This document shows positions 49,150 to 58,941 of a DNA stretch of 64,000 nucleotides, piece after piece. Source of the stretch: a virus (Duplodnaviria; Caudoviricetes); the IMG/VR virus record IMGVR_UViG_3300043464_002149. One strand, given 5' to 3'. Below the pieces are notes generated by a model. It was not told where the DNA came from. It saw only the letters and a list, made by a program, of their open reading frames with translations, and ran no database searches. The position numbers were made by a program, and so were the translations under genes. Each line of letters opens with the position of its first letter. Positions within the stretch are counted from its first letter, which is position 1.

Positions 49150-50313
49150 TTATTTTAATTTACTCATTAAGTCTTTCATTCTTCTGAATTGTGGGTTTTC
49201 GTAAGCTTTTGATTCAGCCAACATTTCTTGTGAAGAAGAGCTTGAAGGAGTATTTGCAATTTTCTCAACTACAGACTCTGTTACTGGTTTTTTAGTATCT
49301 AGTTCTGTTTTGATAGAATTATATAGATTTTTAGATTCGTTTATAGTTGAAATTGAATCAAATCTCTTTAAAATATTCAATTTCTCTTGTTTTGTTGTAG
49401 AATGTTCAGTGAATAAACGTGTTGCATAAGCTAAATTTGCGTTGAACACTGCAACTTCATTAAGTTTTTCTTTGAAAAGAACTAAAGCTTTTTTGTATTC
49501 AGCATTTTGCTTCTTAAGGTTGTCAACTTCTTCATTCATTGCACCTGCAGCAAATACTTTCTTACTTTTTAAACCAGCTCTGTTAGCTTCATTTTTATCA
49601 CCATGAGTGTTCCATTTTGTTCTAGCAGCTTCTGTTGCTTCAACTTCCATAGTATCGTCTTCAGAAACTTCTTCTTCAGAATCTTCTTCGTCGTCTAATG
49701 TAATTTCGTAAACAGTTTCTTCTCCTTCACCTTCAGCAACATCTTCCATAGACTCTTCTTCGTTCCAATCTTCAGAAACTTCCATTTCTTCTTGATCTTC
49801 TTCAGATTCGTCTAGTTTAATGATGTACTCATCATCTTCGTCTTTAAGTTCGATATTGTTACCGTCCTTTTTAACTACAATACCATCTTCATCAGACATT
49901 GCTTTAAATACTTTTAATACCTCTTCATCAGAAGCATTAGTCATATCAAGCATATCATCATCTGCAGCTGGCATATCACCCATTGACGGCATATCATCCA
50001 TTTCTGGAGACTCGTCATCGATGTCTTTAGATGGTTCATCATTTATCGAGGGGATTTCTTCATCATCAGCATTCTCAGCTTCATCTTCATCATCTGAATC
50101 TGGCTGTTCTGACATATCTTCTGATTCCTCTTCTGTAGGTTCCATAACATCTTCTTCAGTTGCTACTTCTTCCTCTTTTTCTGACTCTTTAAGCAACTCA
50201 TTTAGTTCTTGCTTCATTACTGAAGAAAGTATACCTTTTGCGTTTTGCTTTACCGCTTCTTCAAGTGTATTAACTTGAAGTAATGCTTGTTCTAGAATAG
50301 ATTTTTCGGTCAT
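49150..50313 (-). CDS. Prohead scaffolding/core protein (gp22-like)
   Basis: Very acidic coiled-coil protein between the protease and capsid genes. Confidence 0.8.
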   Translation of the reverse strand: MTEKSILEQALLQVNTLEEAVKQNAKGILSSVMKQELNELLKESEKEEEVATEEDVMEPTEEESEDMSEQPDSDDEDEAENADDEEIPSINDEPSKDIDDESPEMDDMPSMGDMPAADDDMLDMTNASDEEVLKVFKAMSDEDGIVVKKDGNNIELKDEDDEYIIKLDESEEDQEEMEVSEDWNEEESMEDVAEGEGEETVYEITLDDEEDSEEEVSEDDTMEVEATEAARTKWNTHGDKNEANRAGLKSKKVFAAGAMNEEVDNLKKQNAEYKKALVLFKEKLNEVAVFNANLAYATRLFTEHSTTKQEKLNILKRFDSISTINESKNLYNSIKTELDTKKPVTESVVEKIANTPSSSSSQEMLAESKAYENPQFRRMKDLMSKLK

Positions 50314-50352
50314 CTTTTTAATTTATTTACTATATAAATATACACATAATCA

Positions 50353-50391
50353 AAAAAATCTACTTTTCAATATTGAAAAGAGTGATTTTTT
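50353..50391. promoter_or_regulatory. Extended inverted repeat with perfect 18-bp core CTTTTCAATATTGAAAAG
   Basis: Core at 50363-50380, outer arms AAAAAATC/GATTTTTT; lies just upstream of the scaffold late promoter (50334). Confidence 0.5.
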
Positions 50392-50403
50392 CTCGTTTTA
50401 TTA

Positions 50404-51093
50404 TTATTTGCTTAGAAAAGAATCTAGCCTACCCATTAGTTTTTTCATTCTATCTTCAACAATAGGCTTTTCCTCAACAGTCTCATTGAATTTATCCTTG
50501 TCGCTAATATCTTGAAACACATAAGCGCCAGGTGTAGATGGGGAAGAAACTAAATCAAAACATACCAATTCAAAATCATCTTGAACAATATTTTGTCCTT
50601 TGATTTGTTTTAATGAACCAACACCTCTTGATGAAATACCTAATGTAACCCCGTTTAAAATTAACATAGCTGCTTGATCACCTTTACAGCTAACAATGCC
50701 CATTTTTCTCCAACCTGGAGATGTTAATATTTTGATTTTACCCATAAGGGTTTTACCATCCCACCATGTTTCTGTAATTGTGTGAGATACTCTATCTAGA
50801 TCGATAAGAGAAGAAGATGGGTGATTTAATTCGTTTAGTGCAGACCCCTTTTTTATTATTGTTTGGTATTTTTCATTTTCCCTTTTTAAAAGATTTTCAG
50901 GGTAAATTCTACCATTCTTATTTGGGGTATCGAATTTTTGTAAAACAGCATACAGAATAAGATCCTGATCGGTATCCTTATTCTGTATTTCTGTTATTAT
51001 ATTTTTGTTTTTATAATCTTCGGGTGAGATGTGTCCAGCGTCGTATTCTATTAAAATCCCCTTACCCGTTTCATTTGGTCCCAATACTTTCAT
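50404..51093 (-). CDS. gp21: Prohead maturation protease (gp21-like)
   Basis: NKNGRIYP, ALNELNHP, VSH, LGISSRGVGS, DFELVCFDLVSSPSTPGA. Confidence 0.92.
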   Translation of the reverse strand: MKVLGPNETGKGILIEYDAGHISPEDYKNKNIITEIQNKDTDQDLILYAVLQKFDTPNKNGRIYPENLLKRENEKYQTIIKKGSALNELNHPSSSLIDLDRVSHTITETWWDGKTLMGKIKILTSPGWRKMGIVSCKGDQAAMLILNGVTLGISSRGVGSLKQIKGQNIVQDDFELVCFDLVSSPSTPGAYVFQDISDKDKFNETVEEKPIVEDRMKKLMGRLDSFLSK

Positions 51094-51137
51094 TTATTGA
51101 TATATTAATATACCATATAAATACAAGCATTTTTGAA

Positions 51138-51566
51138 TCAAATCTTACATTTATTAAAATTAAATAATGTTTTATCAGTTAAACAGTTATCAATCGACGT
51201 TTGAATAAACGTTTTTAATAATGTTTTGATATTTTGTGATTTAACGTCAAAAAAATTATCTACAAATAAAGTTACTTCTAAGTTCATAAAAGATCTTTTA
51301 TCTACTTTTATACCTTTTGTCCTAATATCAAGATCTACAATACTTTCTTTTTTGAAATAGCTATTGAAATCATATGACCTAATATGCTCTTTTAAAGTTT
51401 TTCGTGCAGACATTATCGTTCTGTCAAAATCTAATTCTTCATTTTTAGGAGCTACCCAAGCATTTAATTTCAAATAAATGGTTTTTAAATTTTTATAATC
51501 TACGGTACCATAACCGATTTTTACTTCTTTATAATCCCCTAAAGGAATATATTTCCCAATTTTCAT
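51138..51566 (-). CDS. Hypothetical protein (142 aa)
   Basis: Intact ORF in the head module. Confidence 0.55.
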   Translation of the reverse strand: MKIGKYIPLGDYKEVKIGYGTVDYKNLKTIYLKLNAWVAPKNEELDFDRTIMSARKTLKEHIRSYDFNSYFKKESIVDLDIRTKGIKVDKRSFMNLEVTLFVDNFFDVKSQNIKTLLKTFIQTSIDNCLTDKTLFNFNKCKI

Positions 51567-51660
51567 TAACTTTTACATAATTTTTTTTTATTTTATGGTG
51601 TAGTATAATAATAAGAAAAAAATTTTAATTTTCCAAAAAAGTGGGTTATATTTATTCCAT

Positions 51661-51852
51661 ATGATAATAATTGATTTAAAAAAAGAAAAGAACCTAGAAT
51701 CAGCACTAAGAACTTATAAGTATAAAGTTCAAAGAGTAAAACAAGTTCAAAATTTAAGAGAAAGACAAGAGTTTGTTAAACCCTCAGTAAAAAGACGTGC
51801 TGAAATTAATAAAGCTATCTATGTTCAAAAAAAGAAAAACGGTCTTGATTAA
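51661..51852 (+). CDS. rpsU: Ribosomal protein bS21 (Bacteroidota-type)
   Basis: NLESALRTYKYKV...LRERQEFVKPSVKRR is the bS21 signature (F.KPS..RR). Confidence 0.92.
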   Translation: MIIIDLKKEKNLESALRTYKYKVQRVKQVQNLRERQEFVKPSVKRRAEINKAIYVQKKKNGLD

Positions 51853-52601
51853 TTATCAAGACCATTTCTTAGTTCTATTAATCTAAAGTAATTTAATCTA
51901 GAGGTTTCTTTATTATTAACCTCTTCTTTTACCTTATTTAATTTATTATTCATTTCACTATCTGTAGATTCAGTTAAAATAGACTCTATTTTCGAATTAA
52001 TATTTTCCTTTAATTCGCTTGTTTTTACAACAATATCATCATTAGTCAAAGACATTATGTTTTTAAATTCAACTTGCTGTTCCTCACTTAATGTATTACC
52101 ATAAAGCACATTAAAATTGTTTGCTAAAACCCCATATAATAAATTCTCATTCATTGTGAATGGTACAGTGTTTTTTTCTTCAGTGGAAGCTTGCTTCTTT
52201 TTTGTTAGGTGTTCTATTAATTTTTTTCTAGCAATTACCTTATTTTCAATATTAGATAATGTATCTTGCGTAAACAACTGGTCTAAAGATTCATATAATT
52301 CATTACCCTCAGTCTCAAATTCGCCTAGTTTTGCGTTTAATTCCTCACAAAAAACCAAAAGCTCATTATTGATAGATTGACTATTTAATAAATTCTCAAG
52401 CCCCTCAACATATAATTTTGCTGTTTCTTTATCTTCAATGAATTTGTTTTCCATTTCTTCATAGAACAGATACATCTCTTTGAATTTTTTGTTTTCAGTT
52501 ATTGATTTAAGAATATTCTTTAATTCAGTTTTATTCTTTTCCCCGTAAGACTCTGTTAATTTTTTTATTAACTTACTTTTAATGATGCCAATTTTGCTCA
52601 T
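51849..52601 (-). CDS. Hypothetical helical prohead-associated protein
   Basis: Directly follows the portal gene; contains several L/I-x-E sites. Confidence 0.5.
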   Translation of the reverse strand: MSKIGIIKSKLIKKLTESYGEKNKTELKNILKSITENKKFKEMYLFYEEMENKFIEDKETAKLYVEGLENLLNSQSINNELLVFCEELNAKLGEFETEGNELYESLDQLFTQDTLSNIENKVIARKKLIEHLTKKKQASTEEKNTVPFTMNENLLYGVLANNFNVLYGNTLSEEQQVEFKNIMSLTNDDIVVKTSELKENINSKIESILTESTDSEMNNKLNKVKEEVNNKETSRLNYFRLIELRNGLDN

Positions 52602-52603
52602 TT

Positions 52604-54403
52604 TTATTGATTTAAAATGTCTTTTATTTTATTTTCTATTTCATAAATATTCTTCTTAGCCTTCTCAAGATCAAATAAATCTGAAATATCTGTACTCTCA
52701 CCTAATAAATTATTAATTTTTATTTTCCTATTCTCACTTAATGGTTCAGACGCAGCCTCACCACCTCCACCAGACGGAGATGGAGGAGGCATATCCATAC
52801 CACCTTCTTCACCACCTTCCGCAGCTGCTGCATCTAATTTTTGTCTTTCTTCTTCCGGAATACCGTATTTAGAATCGACTTCATCAAATATACCAGATCT
52901 AGGAATAATTTTAGCGGTGTTAGTTAATTCAGTACCCATAGCTCTTTCCAAACGTTGTTGTTGAAGATCTAGGATAACTTCATTATCACTCATACCTAAA
53001 ATATTTTTCTTAGCCCAAGTATGTGAAACTGGTAGAATACCCACTTGAGATTGATCTGATGTTGCGTCTTTATAAAGAGTAACTTTTTCTTTCCATTGTT
53101 CAATCTTTAATAGATCTGCTTGAGATGATGGATTAGTTAAACCTAATGTAAAGTTTTCTAATTCATCTTCTAAACCTAAAAGATATAAATGTATTAATGC
53201 AATTTTGTTTAGCTCTTGAATTAATGACTTCTGAACTCTATTAATTGTTCTCGCAAAACGAATATCCATCAAAGCAAGATTCTTACCATCACCAACAACT
53301 TCTTCAAAACCTAAAAATGCTTTAGGTATACGAAGTGCTGCTAATAGTTTCTTTTGAATGTATTCAATATCGGCGATCTCACCTAAGTTCTGTGCTCCGG
53401 CTAATGTCTCAATTGGACTAGGCGCTGCTGGATCACGAACAGGTATAAAATAATCTTGATCAATAGCCATTTGATTATATCTCATATCCACTTGGCCGTT
53501 CCTTTGATCAACTACAGTATCTCTTTTAAATTTACTTGCAACACGTTGTACATACGCTTCAATATCTTTATCATCCATGTTACCAACAAACACTTTAAAC
53601 ACCCTTCTTTCTGGTGCTCTTGATGTTCTATAAATTAACATAGCGTCTTCAGCTAAAAGTAATTGTTTCCAAATTCTTCTAACTTTATCTAACATGGATG
53701 TACCATAAGGAAGCTTTCTATCGTCACCCAATAATCTAAAGTGAGCAACCTCCCATGATTGGAATTCCATATCTTTATTGGTCCAACTAAAACGTAATTC
53801 TTTAATTGGCATTTTTATTTCACCCTGGTTTGGTGTTCTAGTCTTTGCACCTTCCCATCTTTCTATTTCAATGTTTGGTAATTGTTGACAACCAATAACC
53901 CCCTTTTCAGGATCACTTTTTAAATACACAAAGTTGTCTCCATATTTGCATAGGTTTCTAGCCCACATTTGTAGGTTAGTGTTAATATCTAATCTATTCT
54001 CAAATAAATCAGTTAAAATATCTTTAACTCTAGTAGATTCTGAATAAACACTTAGTATTGTTCCCTTTTCAGATATTGTTGTTGATTCTTCAGAATAAAT
54101 GTCTAATGCTGCTGAAATTTCAGGAGTAAATTCCATTGATTCAAAATCATAATACGCAGCTAATCTATTTGGTTCATAATAAACTGATTGATTATATAAT
54201 GAATTATCTAATTTCGCCCACTTATCAAAAAGAAATTGAGATTGTTGCGCCTGTAATTTAGCCTTTTCAAATTCAACTGGATCATCAGTTTTCAGTAATT
54301 CTTCTCTAGAAAAATTAAATGAGGGTGGGTTTATATCACCTCTATTCTGAAAACCAAATATTTTGGTTAATTTTTGAAAAACGGTCAAGTCTTGATTTGC
54401 CAT
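52604..54403 (-). CDS. gp20: Portal protein (T4 gp20-like)
   Basis: MEFTPEISAALDIY, IYRTSRAPERRVF, DQDYFIP, IETLAGAQNLGEIADIEY..KKL..AL.IP. Confidence 0.94.
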   Translation of the reverse strand: MANQDLTVFQKLTKIFGFQNRGDINPPSFNFSREELLKTDDPVEFEKAKLQAQQSQFLFDKWAKLDNSLYNQSVYYEPNRLAAYYDFESMEFTPEISAALDIYSEESTTISEKGTILSVYSESTRVKDILTDLFENRLDINTNLQMWARNLCKYGDNFVYLKSDPEKGVIGCQQLPNIEIERWEGAKTRTPNQGEIKMPIKELRFSWTNKDMEFQSWEVAHFRLLGDDRKLPYGTSMLDKVRRIWKQLLLAEDAMLIYRTSRAPERRVFKVFVGNMDDKDIEAYVQRVASKFKRDTVVDQRNGQVDMRYNQMAIDQDYFIPVRDPAAPSPIETLAGAQNLGEIADIEYIQKKLLAALRIPKAFLGFEEVVGDGKNLALMDIRFARTINRVQKSLIQELNKIALIHLYLLGLEDELENFTLGLTNPSSQADLLKIEQWKEKVTLYKDATSDQSQVGILPVSHTWAKKNILGMSDNEVILDLQQQRLERAMGTELTNTAKIIPRSGIFDEVDSKYGIPEEERQKLDAAAAEGGEEGGMDMPPPSPSGGGGEAASEPLSENRKIKINNLLGESTDISDLFDLEKAKKNIYEIENKIKDILNQ

Positions 54404-54447
54404 ACTATATAAATACTATTCTATTTAATCTAATTAATTTTTAAGGA

Positions 54448-56241
54448 TTAATCAACCCTTTTTTTTGACCCAAATAACCAAGAATATTGTGTGTACTGTT
54501 CCTTAGCTGGTATATTTGATGTTGATGATTTTGCATAAGGAGAACTGTCAACTTGCATCATACCAACTTGATCAAAAGATGACCCGTATGAATAAGCGGT
54601 ATTTTGTGGCGCCTCATACGTTCTTTCAGACATAACCCAAGATTCTAACATTGCTTTATTTTGTTGTTCATTTCGTTTTAATTGTGTAAAAGAAATATCA
54701 CCAACATACATTGCAATAGCCATACTCATAATTCCATCATCATGAGCTCCCTTCATGTGGTTAGGTTTACCATTTATGTAAACAAATGTGTTTAGTTCAT
54801 TTAATAACCTATGTGATCTAATGATGAAATCATGTCTTAATTGTTCTTCAAAACATGATACAATTTGTGTTCTCTTATTATTGAAATTTATTCCAGGTAT
54901 TTTTTCTAAAGCTTTATGGTTATATTCCCACATATTTTTAGTGTTAACACCATCAATAAATAAATCTTTATAATTCATTTCTTGTAGCTTTCTTGATGTT
55001 GCTACACCCATACCCCCAGTAATATCAATAACAATAAACGCATTATATAATACACCCCATTTATATGCAATAGAGGCTAAATCGTCTGGTGGTATTTTAC
55101 CTATGTATTCTAATACCTGTTCTCTATCATCAAAATCAATAATATTGATTGCGGAAAAATCTTCACTATCACCTCTACTAACGTCAACACCCATAATATA
55201 TCTATGCCCCTCTAATGGTTCTTTCCATTGCCATAAAGTACCTTGCATATATTTCTCATTAGGTGCTTTAACCATTGTCTTGGCTATTTTCTCCATAGTT
55301 TCCGAAGGTATAACACTATCACCCGATCCTAAGAAATCACATTCAAGTTCTTGAGCAATTTTTCTCTTATCATACTTGAATTTTTTTGACATAGATTCGA
55401 ACCAACTTGAATATGGTTGATACCCTTCATCCATGTATTGAGCATATTTTGTTAAATCATATTCTGGATCATTTAATGTTATTTCATCATCATTATATTG
55501 TTCTCTATTCAACATATAATGTACAATATCTGGGACTTTTAACCATTTTAGATCTTTAGTATAACGTGGATCTTTAAACCATCTTAAATCTGTAATATGA
55601 AAGTCGTTAATACCTCTTATTGCTTGTTCATATACACCATAATAAATTGGATCGTAACCGTTTGGTGTTGAAATCAATATAATCTTACCACCGGTAGATA
55701 AAGATGCCATAGAAGCCGCCCAGAAGTCTTCACCAGCCTCAATATACGCGGCCTCATCAAATACAAGTACTGTTGGTGTAAAACCACGAAGAGCATCTGT
55801 AGATGTTGCAACGGCTTTTACCTCAGATCCATTATTTAATCTAAATCTACTTTCCGAGTTTTTATCAGGTGAGAATCCCACATTAATCCATTCTGGCCAC
55901 TGATCTAAAAAATGACGAACTTTATTAGCCATTTCAATGGCTGTGTCTCTTTTGTTAGCAATAATCAATACTCTCTCCGGATTTTCTGGTTTTGCTAATT
56001 GTAGTTTTTTCGATAACCATGCAGCTGTTACTGTTGTAACACCAGCCTGTCTATACTTTCTAGTGATATTTTCGTTATATGTTTCGTAATCTTTTAATAA
56101 TTGAATCTGATCTGGAAACAATTCGAGCGGAACATATTTCTTTTGAGTATTATCATATGTTTGTAGATATGTTCTCAACGCATATGGTGTATCTTTAATT
56201 ACACGTGCATACTCTTTTAGTTGTTCTATTTTGTTGTTCAT
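54448..56241 (-). CDS. terL: Terminase large subunit (gp17-like)
   Basis: KYRQAGVTT, LVFDEAA (Walker B), ISTPNG, QELECDF, GVDVSRG, HDD.IM. Confidence 0.94.
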   Translation of the reverse strand: MNNKIEQLKEYARVIKDTPYALRTYLQTYDNTQKKYVPLELFPDQIQLLKDYETYNENITRKYRQAGVTTVTAAWLSKKLQLAKPENPERVLIIANKRDTAIEMANKVRHFLDQWPEWINVGFSPDKNSESRFRLNNGSEVKAVATSTDALRGFTPTVLVFDEAAYIEAGEDFWAASMASLSTGGKIILISTPNGYDPIYYGVYEQAIRGINDFHITDLRWFKDPRYTKDLKWLKVPDIVHYMLNREQYNDDEITLNDPEYDLTKYAQYMDEGYQPYSSWFESMSKKFKYDKRKIAQELECDFLGSGDSVIPSETMEKIAKTMVKAPNEKYMQGTLWQWKEPLEGHRYIMGVDVSRGDSEDFSAINIIDFDDREQVLEYIGKIPPDDLASIAYKWGVLYNAFIVIDITGGMGVATSRKLQEMNYKDLFIDGVNTKNMWEYNHKALEKIPGINFNNKRTQIVSCFEEQLRHDFIIRSHRLLNELNTFVYINGKPNHMKGAHDDGIMSMAIAMYVGDISFTQLKRNEQQNKAMLESWVMSERTYEAPQNTAYSYGSSFDQVGMMQVDSSPYAKSSTSNIPAKEQYTQYSWLFGSKKRVD

Positions 56242-56255
56242 ATATATAAATATAA

Positions 56256-56279
56256 AAAGTGGTCAAAATTGACCACTTT
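56256..56279 (-). terminator. Terminator upstream of terL
   Basis: AAAGTGGTCA-4-TGACCACTTT plus a T-run on the minus strand. Confidence 0.75.
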
Positions 56280-56282
56280 AAT

Positions 56283-57608
56283 TTATTTAGACAATCCCAC
56301 GTTGGTACCTCGCAAAAGGTCGTCTAAATCATCGGGACCGTCATCGTCGTCATCATTAGAGCCATCGTAATTGTCATCATCATAATCTTCATATTCCTTT
56401 TTTAATAAAATTGCTTCTCGCATAATTTCATTAAACACTTGAGTAGCTAATCTATTTTTTGATTCGTCTTGACTTACCACATTAGAAATTATTTTTAAAA
56501 ACTCTTTTGCTGGAATGTCGTAAAGAATTTTTTCAAACCAACTAATTAAACCTTTGTTTTCGTCTAAAAACATTTCATCTGGTAACAACATGCGTAACTT
56601 TTCATATAACTCAGGACCCATTCTCAATTGAATTGGCTCGTTACTTAATACATCTGTCTGTCCCATCACCTTTTGTGCCATTCCAGGTTCTTTAGGTAAA
56701 CCATGTCTAGCTGTAGCCTCTTTTATACCCTTAATCAATTCGTGACATAAAACAGGAAACATTGTTCCTTTAGCAACTATTTTTGTGTCTACTGAATCAT
56801 CTCCTTCATATTCACCCTCATCACCGCCTCCTTCAGAATCTGGTTCATCTAGAAAATTTTGACCGATCACTCCCGAACCAGTTTGACTCATTCTATCTAT
56901 CATTTCATCCATTGTAAAATACATGAAATCCGTGATTGACATAACTCTTCTATATAATGGATAAAGTCTAGGGTCAATTTCGTCTAATTTTGATTTTACT
57001 TCTGGTTTTTCGTAAATATGGTGTGCTTTTTTAGCTGCACCTTGTACGATTGCATTGATAATATTTCTTTTGTGTTTCTCTAATTCTAATTTTTCTTCTT
57101 GAGTTAAATCTTCAACATCAAATGAAGGTATTTGAATTCCAGATTCTTCGTCATCATTCTCTTCATCGTCAGTTTCTTCTTCAGGTGAATATCTAAATTT
57201 TGAAGTGTCTATACTTCCAGTTTCATTCAAACTAATTTCAAATTGATACCAATTAGGATTTATTTCAGTTTCATCAATACATGCTTGTAGAGCTAATTCT
57301 TTTAATGCTGGAATATGATTATTTTCAATTCTAACAATTTGAGAGAATCCAGACATCATTTCGTTAAACAACATACCCTGTACTTGTTGAGAACTTAAGT
57401 CTTGAATATTTGTAACTCTTCTTAAATGGTCAACAATTTTCTTAAACCTTGCGCCAATTAAACGTTCAACATCCTGAGGGCCTCTACCCATAGCTGGGTT
57501 TGAACCGTATAAACTATCTGGACTACCGGCCGTTCTTTCCAAATTAGAACCCATCCTTTCTGGATAGTTACCATAATCTATAGCTTCTTTAATTTTTTTA
57601 CTTTTCAT
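56283..57608 (-). CDS. Hypothetical protein with acidic linkers (441 aa)
   Basis: Intact ORF in the head-gene operon. Confidence 0.55.
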   Translation of the reverse strand: MKSKKIKEAIDYGNYPERMGSNLERTAGSPDSLYGSNPAMGRGPQDVERLIGARFKKIVDHLRRVTNIQDLSSQQVQGMLFNEMMSGFSQIVRIENNHIPALKELALQACIDETEINPNWYQFEISLNETGSIDTSKFRYSPEEETDDEENDDEESGIQIPSFDVEDLTQEEKLELEKHKRNIINAIVQGAAKKAHHIYEKPEVKSKLDEIDPRLYPLYRRVMSITDFMYFTMDEMIDRMSQTGSGVIGQNFLDEPDSEGGGDEGEYEGDDSVDTKIVAKGTMFPVLCHELIKGIKEATARHGLPKEPGMAQKVMGQTDVLSNEPIQLRMGPELYEKLRMLLPDEMFLDENKGLISWFEKILYDIPAKEFLKIISNVVSQDESKNRLATQVFNEIMREAILLKKEYEDYDDDNYDGSNDDDDDGPDDLDDLLRGTNVGLSK

Positions 57609-58543
57609 TAGTTATTACTAAAAATTTTGTTAATCATGTTAATTACCCTAGACTTCGCTTCTTCACCACTAATCTCCTTAGCCTTAGCTTTTGGTACAGG
57701 ATTAGGTAAAGGTTGTTTTTTGGGATCTTGTGGTCTTTGTCCTGGATGTCTTGGCTTTTCTCTTGTTGGTCTATCTGTATCTGGCTTAGATGGTGCTGGT
57801 TTAACATCCGGCTTAACATCTGGTTGTGCCATATCAAATTCATTCATAAATTCAGGTAAATGATCAATCATTTCTTTCTCATATAAATCAGAAGATTCAT
57901 TAATTTTTTCTTTTACTAATGAAACCATATCACCTTTAGTAACTAAACTATGGTAATTAGAATTAATAGTATTTTCAACAAACTCATGTAAATTTTTGAA
58001 AACTGGTTTTACCTTTTTAGATTTTCTTAATTGTCCAACTGAGATTACCTCATCTTCTTTAACTTCCTTAAATTTTATTGACTCATTTGTATCTCTATTA
58101 TACCACTTTTTATTCTTTTCATTCCAACGATAACCTAAATTCATGGCCGCTTCAGCAAATCCATCATCGTCAAAATCTTCGCTACCGTATTCCCCATAAT
58201 TCCATCCCATATCAGACATAGCATTGTATAATTCCTCATCAGTTTGCCCATCGTCTGATTTAGATGATTTTTTAGTATCTTTCTTTTTAGAACTTTCTTT
58301 AACTTCAATGTTTTTATCCTTAAGAATACTTGGATCATGTGCTGCTTTATCTAAAATTGCATTAACAGCCGCTTTATCTTTTGGATCACCAGCAGTATAA
58401 ATAGTTTTAGTTGTTGTAACTGTTTGAGCTTCTTTTAAAACCTTATTTGCAAATTTTTCTAATTGCTTATCGTTAAAACTAACTAAAGTTTTTTCTGAAA
58501 ATCCTTCAGACATTAGTTTTTGTATTAATTGTGCTCTTTTCAT
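57608..58543 (-). CDS. Hypothetical protein with Pro/Lys-rich tail, probable head-internal protein
   Basis: Multiple L/V/I-x-E sites and a QPDVKPDVKP tract. Confidence 0.5.
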   Translation of the reverse strand: MKRAQLIQKLMSEGFSEKTLVSFNDKQLEKFANKVLKEAQTVTTTKTIYTAGDPKDKAAVNAILDKAAHDPSILKDKNIEVKESSKKKDTKKSSKSDDGQTDEELYNAMSDMGWNYGEYGSEDFDDDGFAEAAMNLGYRWNEKNKKWYNRDTNESIKFKEVKEDEVISVGQLRKSKKVKPVFKNLHEFVENTINSNYHSLVTKGDMVSLVKEKINESSDLYEKEMIDHLPEFMNEFDMAQPDVKPDVKPAPSKPDTDRPTREKPRHPGQRPQDPKKQPLPNPVPKAKAKEISGEEAKSRVINMINKIFSNN

Positions 58544-58941
58544 TTTAATTTAAAATTTATTTCTTCGTTAATTAATCTAAGCCCTTTGGTTGCTAATTTA
58601 GTAGTTACACTTTCTAATTCTTCAGCAAAATGAAAAGAAATCCTTATTGGTCTCTCTTCAGCCTCCATATCAAAAGCTTCCCATCCTAAAGCAACAATCC
58701 CATCAACAGCGTCGATTACACCAAAATAGTCAGAATTTTGTACTAGTTCAAGCTTTAAATCACAATTTTTTAATAGCCCAACTAAATCGATACTTTCTAT
58801 TTCTGGTGGTATTGCTCTACCTGCAGATGGGATTATGAACCACTCTTCTACTAATGTGTCTGGATCATTACCAAAGATAAATTCATATTGTCTTTGGCCC
58901 TTATAGTCTTGACCCAGTTCATTAATATAGAGTAGATACAT
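58540..58941 (-). CDS. Hypothetical protein (133 aa)
   Basis: Coupled ORF. Confidence 0.55.
   Translation of the reverse strand: MYLLYINELGQDYKGQRQYEFIFGNDPDTLVEEWFIIPSAGRAIPPEIESIDLVGLLKNCDLKLELVQNSDYFGVIDAVDGIVALGWEAFDMEAEERPIRISFHFAEELESVTTKLATKGLRLINEEINFKLK

Noticed and set aside
56030-56065. Terminase Walker A lacking the canonical Lys (RQAGVTT)
   Set aside because: KxRQxGx(T/S)T variants are common in active large terminases, so this is not evidence of inactivation.
19362-56241. Inteins, introns or homing endonucleases in PolB, helicase, terminase, capsid or portal genes
   Set aside because: The ORFs are continuous with plausible lengths, and I saw no LAGLIDADG, HNH, GIY-YIG or intein splice motifs.
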